A stretch of DNA of 64,000 bases from NCBI GenBank assembly GCA_012295275.1, contig CM022679.1, positions 9,982,001 through 10,046,000 of the forward strand, read 5' to 3'. The position numbers were made by a program, and so were the translations under genes. The notes beneath the pieces are model-generated. The model searched no databases. It was not told where the DNA came from and was given only the letters and a program-made list of their open reading frames with translations. Below are positions 1-13,490 of this stretch, piece by piece. Source of the stretch: Chrysomallon squamiferum. Lineage: Eukaryota > Animalia > Mollusca. How positions within the stretch are numbered: the first letter of the stretch is position 1; every line of letters starts with the position of its first letter.

Positions 1-3000
1 GAAATATGGTATATTACATCATGAAAATAACAAATACAAAATCTTAATGACTGAATATATATTTTTTTTTTTGATGTTTTATTTGTGACAAAGTATGCAT
101 GTGCTATTTGAATATAAATCTGAAATAAAAATTCAAAGCATTTATGATTTTATCTATTTCAGACAGTAGTTTCAAGGATAATGCCCTCAACAAAACTATA
201 AAAAAAATATCCGTGTTTAGTATTCAACAAGACTATATGTTTTTATCATGGGTCATTATTATACTATCCAACTTATAAAATGTTACACAACAGACAATAA
301 TTTTTGGATTCTTGAAACAGTGTTTCAAATTTAATCAGCATGGTCATGATAGTGGTTTATTAAAATTTATATTCAGATTAATTTTTCTGATTTTTAACAC
401 TAAATGAGCTCAAATGTTATGTAATTTTATGGCTTTTATTTTTTCCGTTTGAGTTTTTTTGTTTAATTAAGTTGTTCATTTGTATGGGTTTTTCTCATTA
501 TTTTAATATTTATGAAATGTTCGTTTTTATTCATTACAATTTAAAACTCATATCTGAGATTTACAATTTTGACTAAGAATCATCGAACGATATCACACAT
601 TATGATAAGGTTTATCTTAAGTTAAAACTTTGAAGCGGTTGGTATGAATCACTGAATGCAGTTGCAAAGCATTTTGTAAGAAACATATATATAAAGTTAA
701 TTAAAAAAAATATATATATATACCTTTCGTGATGAATAGTCCTCCAAATGTGGGACATATTATATTAGTCAGCTATTCATCAAGTCAATCAATATTAAAA
801 ATTATTTCAGTATCTGCTCATTCTGGATCCAGACCAGGCTACAAACGGCAACTCTTTCGCCCGAAACTATAGATTGGTATTCTCACGTGATTTATAAGAA
901 GCGTAGCAAGGTCAGGGATTTTCTTTTCTTCTTCTCGGATTTTCTCGGCTGATTTCCGATTTATAACGACATTAATGAACTGGCTGTTGATTGCAACAAC
1001 TCTGCTTAACAATACAAATCGACTATTTAGAATTTTAGAGCATGTTATTTATTTATTTTATTTTTTTAGGCAAACATCAAAAAGAAAAATGTATTTATAT
1101 ATTTAAAATAAAAATAAAATAATCTTATTATGGTTATTTTGGTAACCACGTTTTTTTTTTTTTTTTTTTTTTCTTAATCGTAATTTATAAGGTACACGCA
1201 ACTATCAAATATGTTAGATTGGTTCGTAGATGTATATTAATCCATCAATCCATTCATTCATACTCCATAATATATGGGCGTATCCAGGATTTGTTGGAGG
1301 GGTTTGTTTGTTTTTCTGATTTATTCTAGGGCGAGGTAAGACGTTTACTGGGTTTGCCGAAACATTTTCGGTTTGTACAACATAATCAATAAATATAACA
1401 AATCGCACCCCATCGCCTTCCATGTAAATATGCCAGTATTTGAATACGCAGTATTCACTTCCAACACTGAATCGTTCTCTCAATTTGAATAGTCTTATCT
1501 TTATTTGAATAAAAATATATCGATTAAACCATTTAATTTACATATATATGAAACCAACATGTACAGAACTTACGACGTAAAATATAATCATTGGTTTTAT
1601 TTATTTTTTTAAATTTATTTATTATTATTATTTGTCTGTGTTGTTTTTCTTGTTGCAGATTTTCGTTTGTTTACTGCTTGTTTTTATTTATTTATTAGTA
1701 TTATCATTTGTGTCTGTGTGTATATTTGCACGAATGAAGAAAGAATACATAAACATTAAACGATACCACAAAACATTTAGCATTAATGGAACTAAAACAT
1801 CAGAAACATGTTTTTGAGTAGCCTGTGATGATCAAATAGTGTGTCGATTAGCAGCAAGGAATAATTTCTTGTATCCCTTTTCTACGACATTCGTATGATA
1901 TTCGGTGAAGCATTGCTTGGAACAGGGAAGAAGAAGAAAAGACGGTTTCTAAGAAAATATCTGTTCATATAATTTTAATTACAGATAAAAGTAAATGCAG
2001 TTGTTTTTATTTAGTTACCTCTACGGCCTTCCACTAAATATCGGTACCATTGTTCACAAGTATTATGATGCATTCTAAAATAGTATCAAAGCTGCCATTT
2101 AGCTGAGACTTTACCTGGAAATCCATGGCAACCGGCCATAAATAGCTCCTGCCTGCTTCTTCATATTTTGTATTCTGCTTAGCAGATAATAATATTGTTT
2201 TACCAAGAATGTGTGTTTCGTGTTCATTTGTTAAGCGGCAGCATTATCTTAAACGAACACTGAGAAGAGCTGTCCCGAGTTAAAATCACAGTCAGGTCAA
2301 TCAGACTATCGACCTCCCCAACTCCAAGAAATGAAGTTTGCTTCCAGTTTTTCCAAGATTTCTTGGAACTCTGGGATAACCAGGTTTATCGATTTTCTCG
2401 TATGGCTGGAGAACATAGCTATTTATTTTTAGAGCGTATTGTGCAACATACTTATTTTTAATTTATTTTATTATTATTATTTTTTTTTTAATTAAACGCA
2501 CAGACCATGTAATACGGAATTAAACATGTTAAAAGAAAGTTTGTTACGTCCAGTTTTATTAGTGTAGAAACTAAAATTTGAATACATCGTGTAACGTTAT
2601 CACTGGAGGAATGAAATTATGTTTATACATAGTACTCAAAACAAGTTAAGGGTCGAGTTGTTTTATAAATATGTCAGTTTTACAAACATTTATTTTAATA
2701 ACATTTGTTTTTTTCTTCATAAAATGAGAAAAATTGTCATAGTTAAAATATTAGATTTAGTATTCAACTCAAGAAAACAAAAATATTTTCTATGCATATA
2801 ATGTTAATTTTTAAGAGTGACGATTTGTTATAGATTACTGCAAAATCTGTTTTCACTCCAAGTGTATTTCCGTACAATAAATATTTATTCATTAACACAT
2901 AAATAAAATAACTGAATTTTATAAGCTATAAAGATTTATTCCAGCAAAAAAACTTGGGAAATTTTTTGATGCATTGCTACATTTCAAATATTTTGCATTA

Positions 3001-6000
3001 TATTTGACAAAATAAAAATGGTCTTAAAACATCATGCAAAATAATGCCAATTATTTGCTGGTTAACTTTTTTCTTTTTCTTTATTAATTTCCAACGCCAG
3101 ATGTTGGATTCCTTGATCAACCTTTCTTTTTAAATACATTTTCTCAAGCATGTTTATATATTTTCTGGTAGACGAAGAACATATTTTAGACTTGTTGATC
3201 GTTACGAACTGCCATTCACATGGGTGCCTTTTGCCTTAAATTAATTCCCAAGATTTTGTCACGTGTAAAATGAGGTCAACAGGTTTTGCTGTAGATTTGA
3301 AATGACCTCACTTAAAAATTCATACTTTCAATACAATTTGCTCAACAAAATTTGCTAAAGTGATTCTACAGATGCGTTGCAAATCCAGCATATTAAGACT
3401 AATCCTCGATACCAAGAGTACAAAATATTCATTACAATAACACATGGTGGTGGCAGCTGCTCCCCTCTCGTAAAACATGCACTGTTCTCAAACACATCAA
3501 TGTTTCTATTAATCAGTATTGTTTGCCTCTAGTATTCTGCAAACTAGCCAGTTACAAGCAGAAATAATTTTTCAATGCATTCATCCCATGTGAAGGCTGT
3601 AACAGCTGCTTTTAATGCCACCACATTGTCAGCCATTTAGTTGCAGGCTGTCACATTCTTCAATAGTTTGTAGTTTTTCTGTCAACTAACTCGATTAAAA
3701 GCTAAATTAGTTATTTGATCATTTCTTTTTTAATTTTAAAAGAACAAATTTGTTATAGCAGCATTTTTTTTTTTGCACTGCTTTAAAAATTCACCAAATG
3801 CCACGTGCTGGTATTCAATGGTCTGTAGTATTATTTTTTTTTTTGATATTAACTAGCTAAGGAATGTTTTGCCTACAAGTTTAATCTCTTGTAAACAATA
3901 TTTTTGCCTAAATATATATTAAGTAACTGGAGAAAACATTAACAAGATCTACCATTTCAAGATTTAGCTATTTATTTGTATCTATCATTTAACCATTTCA
4001 GTGCATTTCTTCCCAGCACCATAATTAATGCTCAATTTGAAAACTCACTAAAAATAAAAAAAACAACCAAATCTATATTCTGCTTGACACCAATAATTAT
4101 ATATAAAAAGATAAAATAAAAAAGTTTGTAAACTTGAAAAATATATATTTGACAGTGATGAGAAATGGCTGTGTATGGAGTCCACTAAGTTTTTAGCTAC
4201 AATCAATGTATATTTAGCATTTTCTACTTGCATACATGATTAATGAATCATACTTAAAATGTATTTGGTGAAAAAAAGCAGTTAAACTACTTATACCAAA
4301 GCTCAAACCTGCATGTGACAAAATCACAAAAGCACACAGCAACTTTCATAATTTATTTAATTAAAAATCTTTCAGAGGTAAATAGGTGTAAAATTATCCA
4401 GGCAGGTTACCGATTTTCTGACAGGAACTGTTTTCAAAAACCTTTGATAACACTCTGCATTTTCAGATTTTAATCATCTACAAGAAAAAGCATTTTCATA
4501 AAGCATTCCAATTCCAGTTACGTCAAACACCTCCAGAGTATATAAAAACATTACGAATCTGACACGAGAAACCTGTGGAAATCACTGTCAATGGGAAAGA
4601 TCGCATTCAGTTTAAAAACAGGTGGATGTGATGAAGAAGATTCTCTTCCTGGTACTGGTTAAAGGATACTCAAAATTTTAAAATATTACAAAAATCAAAG
4701 ATTAAAAATACGAGATTTCATGTTGCAACTGGTCACAAAACTACTGCCAGTGAAGGTTCAGACAACTGCAACATGGACAAATATTTTAAAATTCACAAAT
4801 TTAAAAGTAAATGTTAAAAATTAAAGTTTTTAAAACCTGAAGATTTAATTTTTGGATGATTAAGTTTTACTTTTAAAAACGAACTTTAATAATTAAAACT
4901 GATACTACAAGTTGACGTGTTAAACTAAACTTTCAGAATTTGTCTTCAGATTGATTAAAATAGATTTAGTCTTATTTTTTTTTCTTCTAAAAATAAAGAC
5001 ATTACCACAATCTGAAGTAAAACAATCCAAATAGAGGCATTTAAATTTAAAAACTGCAGAAGTTGTTGGATCGATCAAAATCAGAGCCCTTTCTACCCTG
5101 CATGTATGACTGGAGAGCTGGTGAAGCATTCAGCACTGCCGATGCAGCTTGTTAGCCTCGACTCAACCACAGCAAGACCTCGATTCTCGTAAATCTTGAC
5201 TTAATTGCTCTCTTATTCTCGTTTAACACCTGCCCAGGATAACCCGCACTGACTGCAGACAGGCACCCAGCACTGATAACATTACACGTGCCACTAACAA
5301 CCTCCGCCCTCCTAGACACCAGCAAAGAGGAATAAAAAGTATGGTTAAAAGATGAAGTTTAATGATTTAACATTTTAATAAACAGCAATGAGTAAGGGTT
5401 GAAAAAGCAAATTACAAAAAAAAAACATGATAAAAATAAAAATGTCTAATATGATTGTAATTTAAATAACCCAAAATGAACATGTCAGTGAATTTTTTTT
5501 TTTTTATATATTTACCACATTAAAACAGATCAAAGAAAAAAGGAAAATAAAATGAAAAAAATTATCAAATACACAAGGGGAAAAAGTTTTACATAGAACA
5601 ATTTCAGCTTCGTGATACCTGTTAACAATCTCAAAAAAAAAAAACATTAGTGTAAATGTCAGTTAGCAACAAATACTGTAAAAATTGAAAATTAAAAAAA
5701 AAAATGGGTAGGAACAATAATTAGGGAAAACTTGCATTATAATATCAATACTATAAAGCTAAAGAACATCTAATAAAAAAAAAATAATACAAGTAAATAT
5801 CAACGTTCAGAAAGATCTGAACAATACAGTACATTTAGAGATGAAATGTGAACAGTAAATGCTTCCTCATCAAAATGAAATAGGAAAAGCATTTTTTTCA
5901 TGAACAGTACACTGTACCACATAAAATTTGCATTCTGATGAAGCAGAGGTGCCAACCTGTAAACAGTGTTGCACTGAAATAACTACCATTTTATAATCAG

Positions 6001-6092
6001 CAAATATTAACCTTTTCAAAACTGGGTGAGTACACCAAGATATGATCATGATGTTATCAACAAGTCTGGCTCAAGAGAAAAATTTCCATAAT

Positions 6093-7120
6093 TCAGTCTT
6101 TTTCACCACCAGAATGGTCAGATTTAGCTGGTGAACGTGATCTGGAATGTCCACTTTCTTTGCTCTGACTTCTGCTACGAGATCGGCTCTGGCTCTTTGG
6201 AGTCCTGCTTCTGCTTCTACTGTAAGAACGACTTCTACTTTTTCGTGATCTGCTGTTAGAACGACGGCGGCGATCTCCTCCTCCTCCTCCTCGTCTGTCT
6301 CTGGATCGTGATCTTGATCTGCTTCTAAATGTAATGAAAATATTTTCAATAACTGGAATCGGCACTACATAGTTGACTTTACTGCATTATTTTTATCCAA
6401 CACCAAAATCAAGGTTAACATTAACAGCATTTTAAAAACTGTAGTTAAGAATTTGGATGTGGTCCATTAGTAATGACTGAAGGGCCAATATAGGTATACA
6501 GCTTAATGCTCTAGTCAGTTTTCTAAATAGCCCAATTTGTAAATATTATTTTCTCACTTTTTATTCCTTAGCTAAGCCAGATATATAAACAAAAATATTT
6601 AGAAAATATTTTTAAAAGACCTCGATACACAACATACAATGCAAAACAGTCCCTTTCGTACAAGCATTCGCCATTTACATTTAATGCACTGCTATACTGC
6701 TTGTAGACACATTTATATATTTTTTTTAGTAAAAAAAGAAGTAAAAAGTAAAACGCACCTGCGATCTCTGTTGTAACGATTATTATTATTATTCCCTCCA
6801 CCATAACGCCTGGGTGGACCTCCTCTTCGTGTATCTGGTCTTCCGTACCTAGCTGTCTGAACCCTCAGTTCCCGGCCATCAAAGATTGCACCATCCATGG
6901 AATCCATTGCGTCTTCAGCATCTCTCTTATCATAAAAACGAACAAAGGCAAAGCCCCTGCTTTCGCGTGTAAAACGATCTCGAGGAATATAGACATCACC
7001 CACGTCGCCATATTTTTCAAAAGCTCTTTTTAAATTCTCTGGCGTTGTTCTGTAGGTCAGATTATCAACTTTTAGGGAAATCATTCCCTCGGAATTCGGA
7101 GGTCCTCTTCCGTAACTCAT
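6093..7120 (-). CDS. SRSF2: Serine/arginine-rich splicing factor 2 (SC35), 2 coding exons, 197 aa
   Basis: Exon 1 7120-6759 encodes MSYGRGPP...[10 protein letters not shown]...[23 protein letters not shown], an SC35-type RRM, and ends at donor AG|GTGCGT. Exon 2 6324-6093 follows acceptor TTTAG and encodes the RS domain to TGA. Phases match (362+232=594 nt). Confidence 0.96.
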
Positions 7121-7141
7121 CTTGTTTGCTACTGCAAAAAT

Positions 7142-7212
7142 AAAAATATGGCCGACTTCTTGTTCGACGGGGTGAACAAAGTGCCCTCTCGCGAGAAAAA
7201 TCGTACCAATCA
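7142..7212. promoter_or_regulatory. SRSF2 proximal promoter/5'UTR motifs: YY1-like AAAATATGGCCG, palindrome TCTCGCGAGA, CCAAT
   Basis: aaaaatatggccga at 7142-7155, TCTCGCGAGA at 7187-7196 (known CpG-promoter element, BANP/CGCG type) and CCAAT near 7207, all directly upstream of the SRSF2 ATG. Confidence 0.6.
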
Positions 7213-7779
7213 AAAGGACAGAGCGCCCTCTCTTGTTAAAATCTAAACCAATGAAAATAGGCTAATATAATATTTACCATTAACTATGCTTAACTAAGCC
7301 TCATTCCAAACTTCCAGATTAAGTCGGTTTTATAAAACTATTCATATTATGGCTCAGCGACATTTTTGTACATTTTCAAGATTGATATTGAAAATATTTA
7401 TATTTAATGGGTCGATAAAATCGTATTGTTTAGATTTACAGTTTATATATATTTTTTTGTTTCTAAATGTATAATTTATTTATAATTATTAGGGTTTTAT
7501 ATCCCAAAAGCTGTAAAAATAATTGGATTTGTAATGGTTACCTGAAAACTCAAACCATGTGAACCCGAAAATAGTTTAATAAAAATCCATAGTTTCGAAA
7601 AAATATAACTAGGTTGATGATGATGATGAAAAATAAATAATAGTGTGTGTGTGTGTGTGAAATATTAATAAAGTAAAAAAAAAAAAAAAAAATAAAAACA
7701 TTTTCTATAACATCGAAAAAATCTTAAAATTTTTTATTTACTAAAATAATTTTATAGAAATCAAAATCAAACACTATGC

Positions 7780-8001
7780 CATGGCCGTATCTAGACTCTT
7801 TTTGAAATAAGACAAAAACACTTAATCGGTGCAAAGCAAAGCGTTGCAAAAATATTTAGGCGAGTGGTCTGGGGCTGCCTAAGGCCGTATGAAGCTCCGA
7901 TTTGAAAGACGCAAAAAATCCATGATTCTAGCCATTTATATTTTTAAAATAATTTTTTTGCGTGTGTGTAAATCGTCATTTGCCTCGATATAGTTGTCAT
8001 G
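7780..8001 (+). mobile_element. Non-autonomous DNA transposon (MITE), copy 1, 5-bp TSD
   Basis: Starts CATGGCCGTA and ends ...tagttgtCATG, flanked by tatgc on both sides. Homologous to the reverse complement of 60916-61172. Confidence 0.7.
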
Positions 8002-9098
8002 TATGCAAACGCTAATTTTTGAGACTAGAACTGCCTTTAAGAATGTGGTATTAAAAGATCAGTTGCCGAGAGAGAAACATTTTTTTTTTTTTTTTTTTAG
8101 TTTGTTGCAGAATATTTTCTGTGATTGTCAGTTACACAGATTATATAATTCATTAAAATGCTTTTTTTTTTTTTTTTAAATTATTTTTTTAACTTTATTT
8201 ATTTAGGTCACAATTATTACTATTCATCTTGAAATAAATTTATAGTTTAAACAGTTTAAATGATCAAAGAAATAAGTAATTTATTTTCAGACTTGTCAAA
8301 CGTGTAACAAAATTAATAATTTCAAAATAGTAATAAATATTCAGACCATTAAAAAAATGTTATACGCGGCCAAAAATATAAAGGGCATATTTCTGATTAA
8401 GAGCACATTTCTAAGTAAGGTATTACCTTACTTACAAATATGCTTTCCGTTAATAACGTTCAAGGGCCATAACTTTCCTATGATCGAATAGCCCATATTT
8501 CAGAGTTAACTATTCATTTTTGCACATAATTTATTATTATTATTTATCTGAAAAAGATTATGACAAAAATAGTATTTTATTTTTACTTCAAAAATATTCT
8601 GAATAGACAATCATGTCTCATTTTATACAGCTTGTACACTTCATTCTTCAGTGCTCACAGAACAATGGAGAATGGCATCTATTCATTAAACACTGACATT
8701 ACGTAACATGAACAGACAATGAAACGTTTTAATTACTCGATATTATGCAATTTAAACTGGTTTTATTACTCAATAGTCTGGATTATAAGTAATGCATTTA
8801 ACTGAAAAATACAATTCAGTGTGACACATTTAGTAAAGAAAACATCAGATTACTTTAGTGTACATACAATGTAAAATTAAAATTTAAAATCTCTTGTCAA
8901 TTACCATCCAAAATTTTATTGTACATACTGTGTTTCAAGCTTTTCATTAACATTTAAAAAAGACCAAAAAATTAAACAAAAAATATTAATAATTTTCTTT
9001 ACTATTTAAATAGTCACATACATCATTCATTAACAGTTTTAATTATAAGAACAAAACAAAACAAAAAATGTATGTTTTCATAATTGTTTTATTTTCAG

Positions 9099-10874
9099 TT
9101 ATTTCTTTGATGCTTCCTGGGCTTTCAATACACGAACAACAATCTTCTGCTCTTCAATCAAGAAAGCTCTGATTATTCTAGACAAGGAAAAAGAAGAAGA
9201 AAATGACTTAACAAATCCATTTATTTACTAACAGATTTCATAGTCGTTGGTCACAAACTGTCCACATTTAACCATTTAATGCAAAAATCTAAATATTCTT
9301 TACTTCACCTGTTTGGTAAAACAAGTACATCAAAGTGTTTTATAATTAATATCTTAATTACTGTAGTTTACAGGCTTTAAATTCTTGGTTTAAAATGCAA
9401 TGCCAACAAAATATTTATTAACATTAATGCTTTTATTGTTGAGGAAGCCAAAAGGTTTCAAAACATACATCTGCCTGTAGTCTGTACAAATTAAAACAGT
9501 ATTAAACAAATTAAAACTGACAAATGTTTGACCTTTCATTTGTTTAGTTTTTTAAAATGGTATTTACCTTTCTCTGACACATTTGTGGCATCTAGATCCT
9601 CCATAGGCTCTTGTGACAGTCTTATGTCGTTTGGACATGGACATCAACTGAAGAGGGCGTGCTGCTGTGATCTTAAACAATTTCCAATTAAAAAATATAT
9701 CACTGAAATACTAAAGTAGCTACATGTCCTTTTGTATCTTTTCAACAATCCTTGCAGCATGTACTAAAGTCTTCACGTTATTATCGGTTTGCTTTCATTT
9801 CTTTAAAGATACTTTGGGCATTTGTGAAGTGAAATGGTGAAAAAAAAAAAGTTTCAAACATTACAGATCAAAATCTGGTAAAGGTCAATTTGTTAATAAT
9901 TTATTGAACAGTTATTTCTTGAAATATACTTACACCACTAAGTTTTCTTTTACAATCACCACATTTTGGGACATTACCAAGTTTTTTTATGTATAAATAT
10001 ACAAGTTTGCCACCTATAAAGAAAAAAAGTATTCAAAACTGAAATGACATATTTGTACAGCATACTTGACTTACATCAGTTACAATGGCAAGTTCATCTA
10101 TTACATTCACATTCAATGCACACAACTTTAAATAAACTAACTAAATAACTTATTACTTCACTGAAAAATAAATTTGATTTATCAATTTAATGGTTTGGCA
10201 TATTTTTAATCTTTAAAGCATTACATAAAATTAGAATTGCACCAAGATTTCATTAACTAAAAGTTTAAAATAATAAGTAAATAAATAAATATATAAAATC
10301 TTAGCATTTTGTACTTACCAGGAGTTTTAGAACTATTTCAGCAGCAGGTATATAAAAGAAACAATTAAAATGATCAATAATGCATTCTGGTAGATATGTT
10401 ATTTTTATACTTTCATAACTGATTAATATTTTCAAAGATTTTAATAATATACAATAATAAACAACAATTCACATCCATATTGTTGTATTCCCTCAACGTT
10501 ATAAACATTAAATGATCATCAGATTGTAAAAATAATTTTAAAAATAATACATAATAAAACACATTTCAAATTACAATTTATAACTTTAATCTTTAAATAA
10601 CCTGTAAAAACATACAACCTTTGGAAAGGACACTGATATTTAACTATTAATAAATTATAAAACATTCAAAACTGAATATCAAATAGTAATCCTTTTCATA
10701 GAAGAATAAATAAAGAATGAAAGGTTTATTTAGACCAGTTGGGTGAAGCTGATGTATCAAACAAAGTATCAACTGCACTTTATTTAACAAGTAATAAATG
10801 AAAACATACACTCTTCTACGGTTGGATTTGGTATTGTAGGAGAGTCTCCTTCTGAATGTTAATCTCTGTGCCAT
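9099..10874 (-). CDS. RPL34: 60S ribosomal protein L34 (eL34), 5 coding exons, 113 aa
   Basis: Exons 10874-10810, 10332-10319 (14 nt), 10013-9934, 9671-9568 and 9177-9099, all GT-AG and in phase. Protein: [59 protein letters not shown]...[46 protein letters not shown] lies just after the stop (9093-9088). Confidence 0.96.
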
Positions 10875-11930
10875 CTACAAAAAAAAAAAAAAAAATTAAC
10901 AATAAAAGATTCAAACAAAAAAAGTATACTGTAAAAACAATGATACATGCTCAAAAAAACAAAACAAGCAGTAGCTTATGTTACATGGAAATTAACTGTA
11001 TATTCCTAAAAAATAATAATTTAAATTTATGTTTTCTGTTCATGCAATACTGACAGAGCTTTATACTGCCATCTTTACTATCAAGTAGGAAATAAATTAA
11101 CTACAGTGATATTAACATTCTGATTTTACTATTATGTTATAAAAAAAAATGAAAGACCCAAAAACCATTACACCAGTTAAAAGTAATCTATGATGTTAAT
11201 ATCTTTATATTGTTTAATGTGACAAGTCATCATAGATTTTTTTTTTTTTTTTAAATAATTTTTTAATATTATATTTGAAGTGTCAAATATGAAAAACAAA
11301 ACAAATAACAGCAAAATAAACAAAACATTAACTTGTGCTATCAAAGCTTGGATCTTAACTGCAAAGTTACTATCAAAAGTTAACCATTTACATTTTAAAA
11401 CTGAAAGTAAAAGACAATTATTTTTGACAATTTATATATAATAGTCACTTAAATTACTTGTTATTATTATAATTATTTGTTATTCTCACTGTAAAGACGT
11501 AAACCCTATTTAGTATTTACGGAACTCTGATCAGTGATTTACACTGATTTAGCTATTACTAATTCCGACTATAACTCAGTTAAAATAGTAGTAATAATCA
11601 ATTAAACACTGTAATCAATTTTATTAACGATCATACGTTTCAAATGCCAAATTTGTGTCATTAATTTAATTTCGGAATGTGCTGGTTGTGGAAATGTAAT
11701 ATACTTTAACAAGTAACAAAAACTTTAATGTTGATACTTATTAATTATTACTAGACATGAGTAGATGATGTTTCATTCACATTTTATATAAATAAATATT
11801 ACATTAGGAACCTAAATATATTTGTATTTTGAATATCTAAACGCACTACGAGTAAATGACAATGTATTTTCTTTAGATAGAATGTCTCAATATGACCGAT
11901 TACAACGGATTACGAAAAGCAGGTTCCAAC

Positions 11931-11969
11931 CTTTGCACAAACTAACAAGAAAAGACCGATTCCGGAAGT
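11931..11969 (-). promoter_or_regulatory. RPL34 non-coding first exon with TCT initiator/5'TOP tract and ETS-type site
   Basis: Minus strand reads acttccggaatcggtCTTTTCTTgttagtttgtgcaaag|GTTGGA: a pyrimidine start near 11954, a donor after 11931 and CCGGAAGT at 11962-11969. The ATG exon is directly preceded by an acceptor AG, so an upstream exon is required. Confidence 0.7.
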
Positions 11970-12340
11970 TTATAAACGAAGGTAGAAAAAGAACGGTACT
12001 ACTTACTAAATATTCATCTTAACTATTTATTAATTTCATAGACTCAGTATCATCAATAACAAAACCATAATTGTAATACATATTATTTTCTCGTTATCTT
12101 TCTTTTGTTCAATTTCAATAATAAATCGCGAATCCTCAAAAGGATAGTGAATGATAATTAAGGAAATCGAAATACAAGACTGATTAATCAACATTTATAG
12201 TGAGTAAAGAAATTCAACAATATTTAAAACAAAACATGTTCCCTAAAACTATTTAAGAAAGTAAATTATATCTGAGCTAACAAACACGGAATAACTAAAT
12301 TAATAGAAATCAAAAAGCAAGACATACATGTACATGTACA

Positions 12341-12576
12341 TATATATGATTTCTATAAATGATTTCTATATATATATGATTTATACAAATTTCTAATTGG
12401 TATAATTGTTTCATTAAAGTATTCCTCCCTTGTGGAAACATTTTTAAAGTAAATATAATATATGATTTATATAAATGATTTATATAAATGATTTATATAA
12501 ATGATTTATATATATGATTTATATCAATTTCTAATTGGTATAATTGCTTCATTAAAGTAATCCTCCCTTGTGGAAA
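12341..12576. repeat. Direct duplication of about 100-120 bp with nested 13-nt repeats, between RPL34 and VTI1A
   Basis: Two copies of atttctaattggtataattg(t/c)ttcattaaagta(t/a)tcctcccttgtggaaa, each preceded by (atgatttatataa)n-like units. Confidence 0.85.
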
Positions 12577-12966
12577 AAAATCTTAATAAATATAATATTT
12601 GGTTAACACATGAATTAACAACGTTAAAAATAAATAAATAATACAATAATAAAGTGTACATAAACAAAAAAATATTTTATAATTAACTTTATTGTACTTG
12701 GTTTGATGATATAAGTATTTAAAAATAACAGTTAATACGTTAATTTTCCATATATCGGGGGTATATTATTATTATTATTGTTGTTGCTGTTGAAAAGTTA
12801 TTTAGGCAATAACAGAAACAAATAAATAAATAAATAAATAAATAAATAAAGTCAATGCTTTCAAAACATAAATATAAGAGCTAGTGTAAAGATAATATTA
12901 CTATAATGTCTCGCTTTCCAAGAACCTTATTTTTAATGAAACGTTTAGACTATAGAGGTTTCTAAC

Positions 12967-13407
12967 ATGGCGAGTATACTAGAATCTTATGAACAGCAAT
13001 ATTCTTCTGTTACTGCCGACATAACTTTTCATATAGGTCAGATTTCAACCAGCCATGGAGGTGAGCAATGCTATCTTTAAATTGCTATCCCATAACACAT
13101 ATAACACTTTTAAATTTGAACGATAACCACCAGTATTGGATTACACTGACAAGAGACGAGTACTTAGTACTCACTCGAGTCACTGTACTTTTATTCGGAA
13201 ATGACACTGCGGCTGCTGAAACCGATACCTTCAGTTTCAGTCTTACTTTACCGGTTGACGTTGTTTGTCGTTTGTATTCACTACAAATGTAACGTACCAA
13301 GACCACTTTGTTATGAATAAATTCATAAGGAAGTTAATTAAAATTATTATTTATAAAATAAAAGTTGTAATCAATAATCATAATCATTTTTTTTTACATA
13401 TACGCTT

Positions 13408-13490
<83 letters not shown>

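Noticed and set aside
1273-1455. Further MITE starting atgggcgtatccagga
   Set aside because: Only a 6-nt core matches the putative right end and no TSD is evident, so it is too weak to call.
6071-6349. Alternative-frame acidic ORF over SRSF2 exon 2
   Set aside because: A by-product of RS-repeat codons; its start lies in the intron.
9720-9840. H/ACA snoRNA in an RPL34 intron
   Set aside because: ANANNA- and ACA-like boxes exist on the gene strand, but the hairpins are weak and the spacing is non-canonical.
11520-11567. Hammerhead ribozyme
   Set aside because: It has CTGATCA rather than CTGANGA, and no GAAA after stem II.
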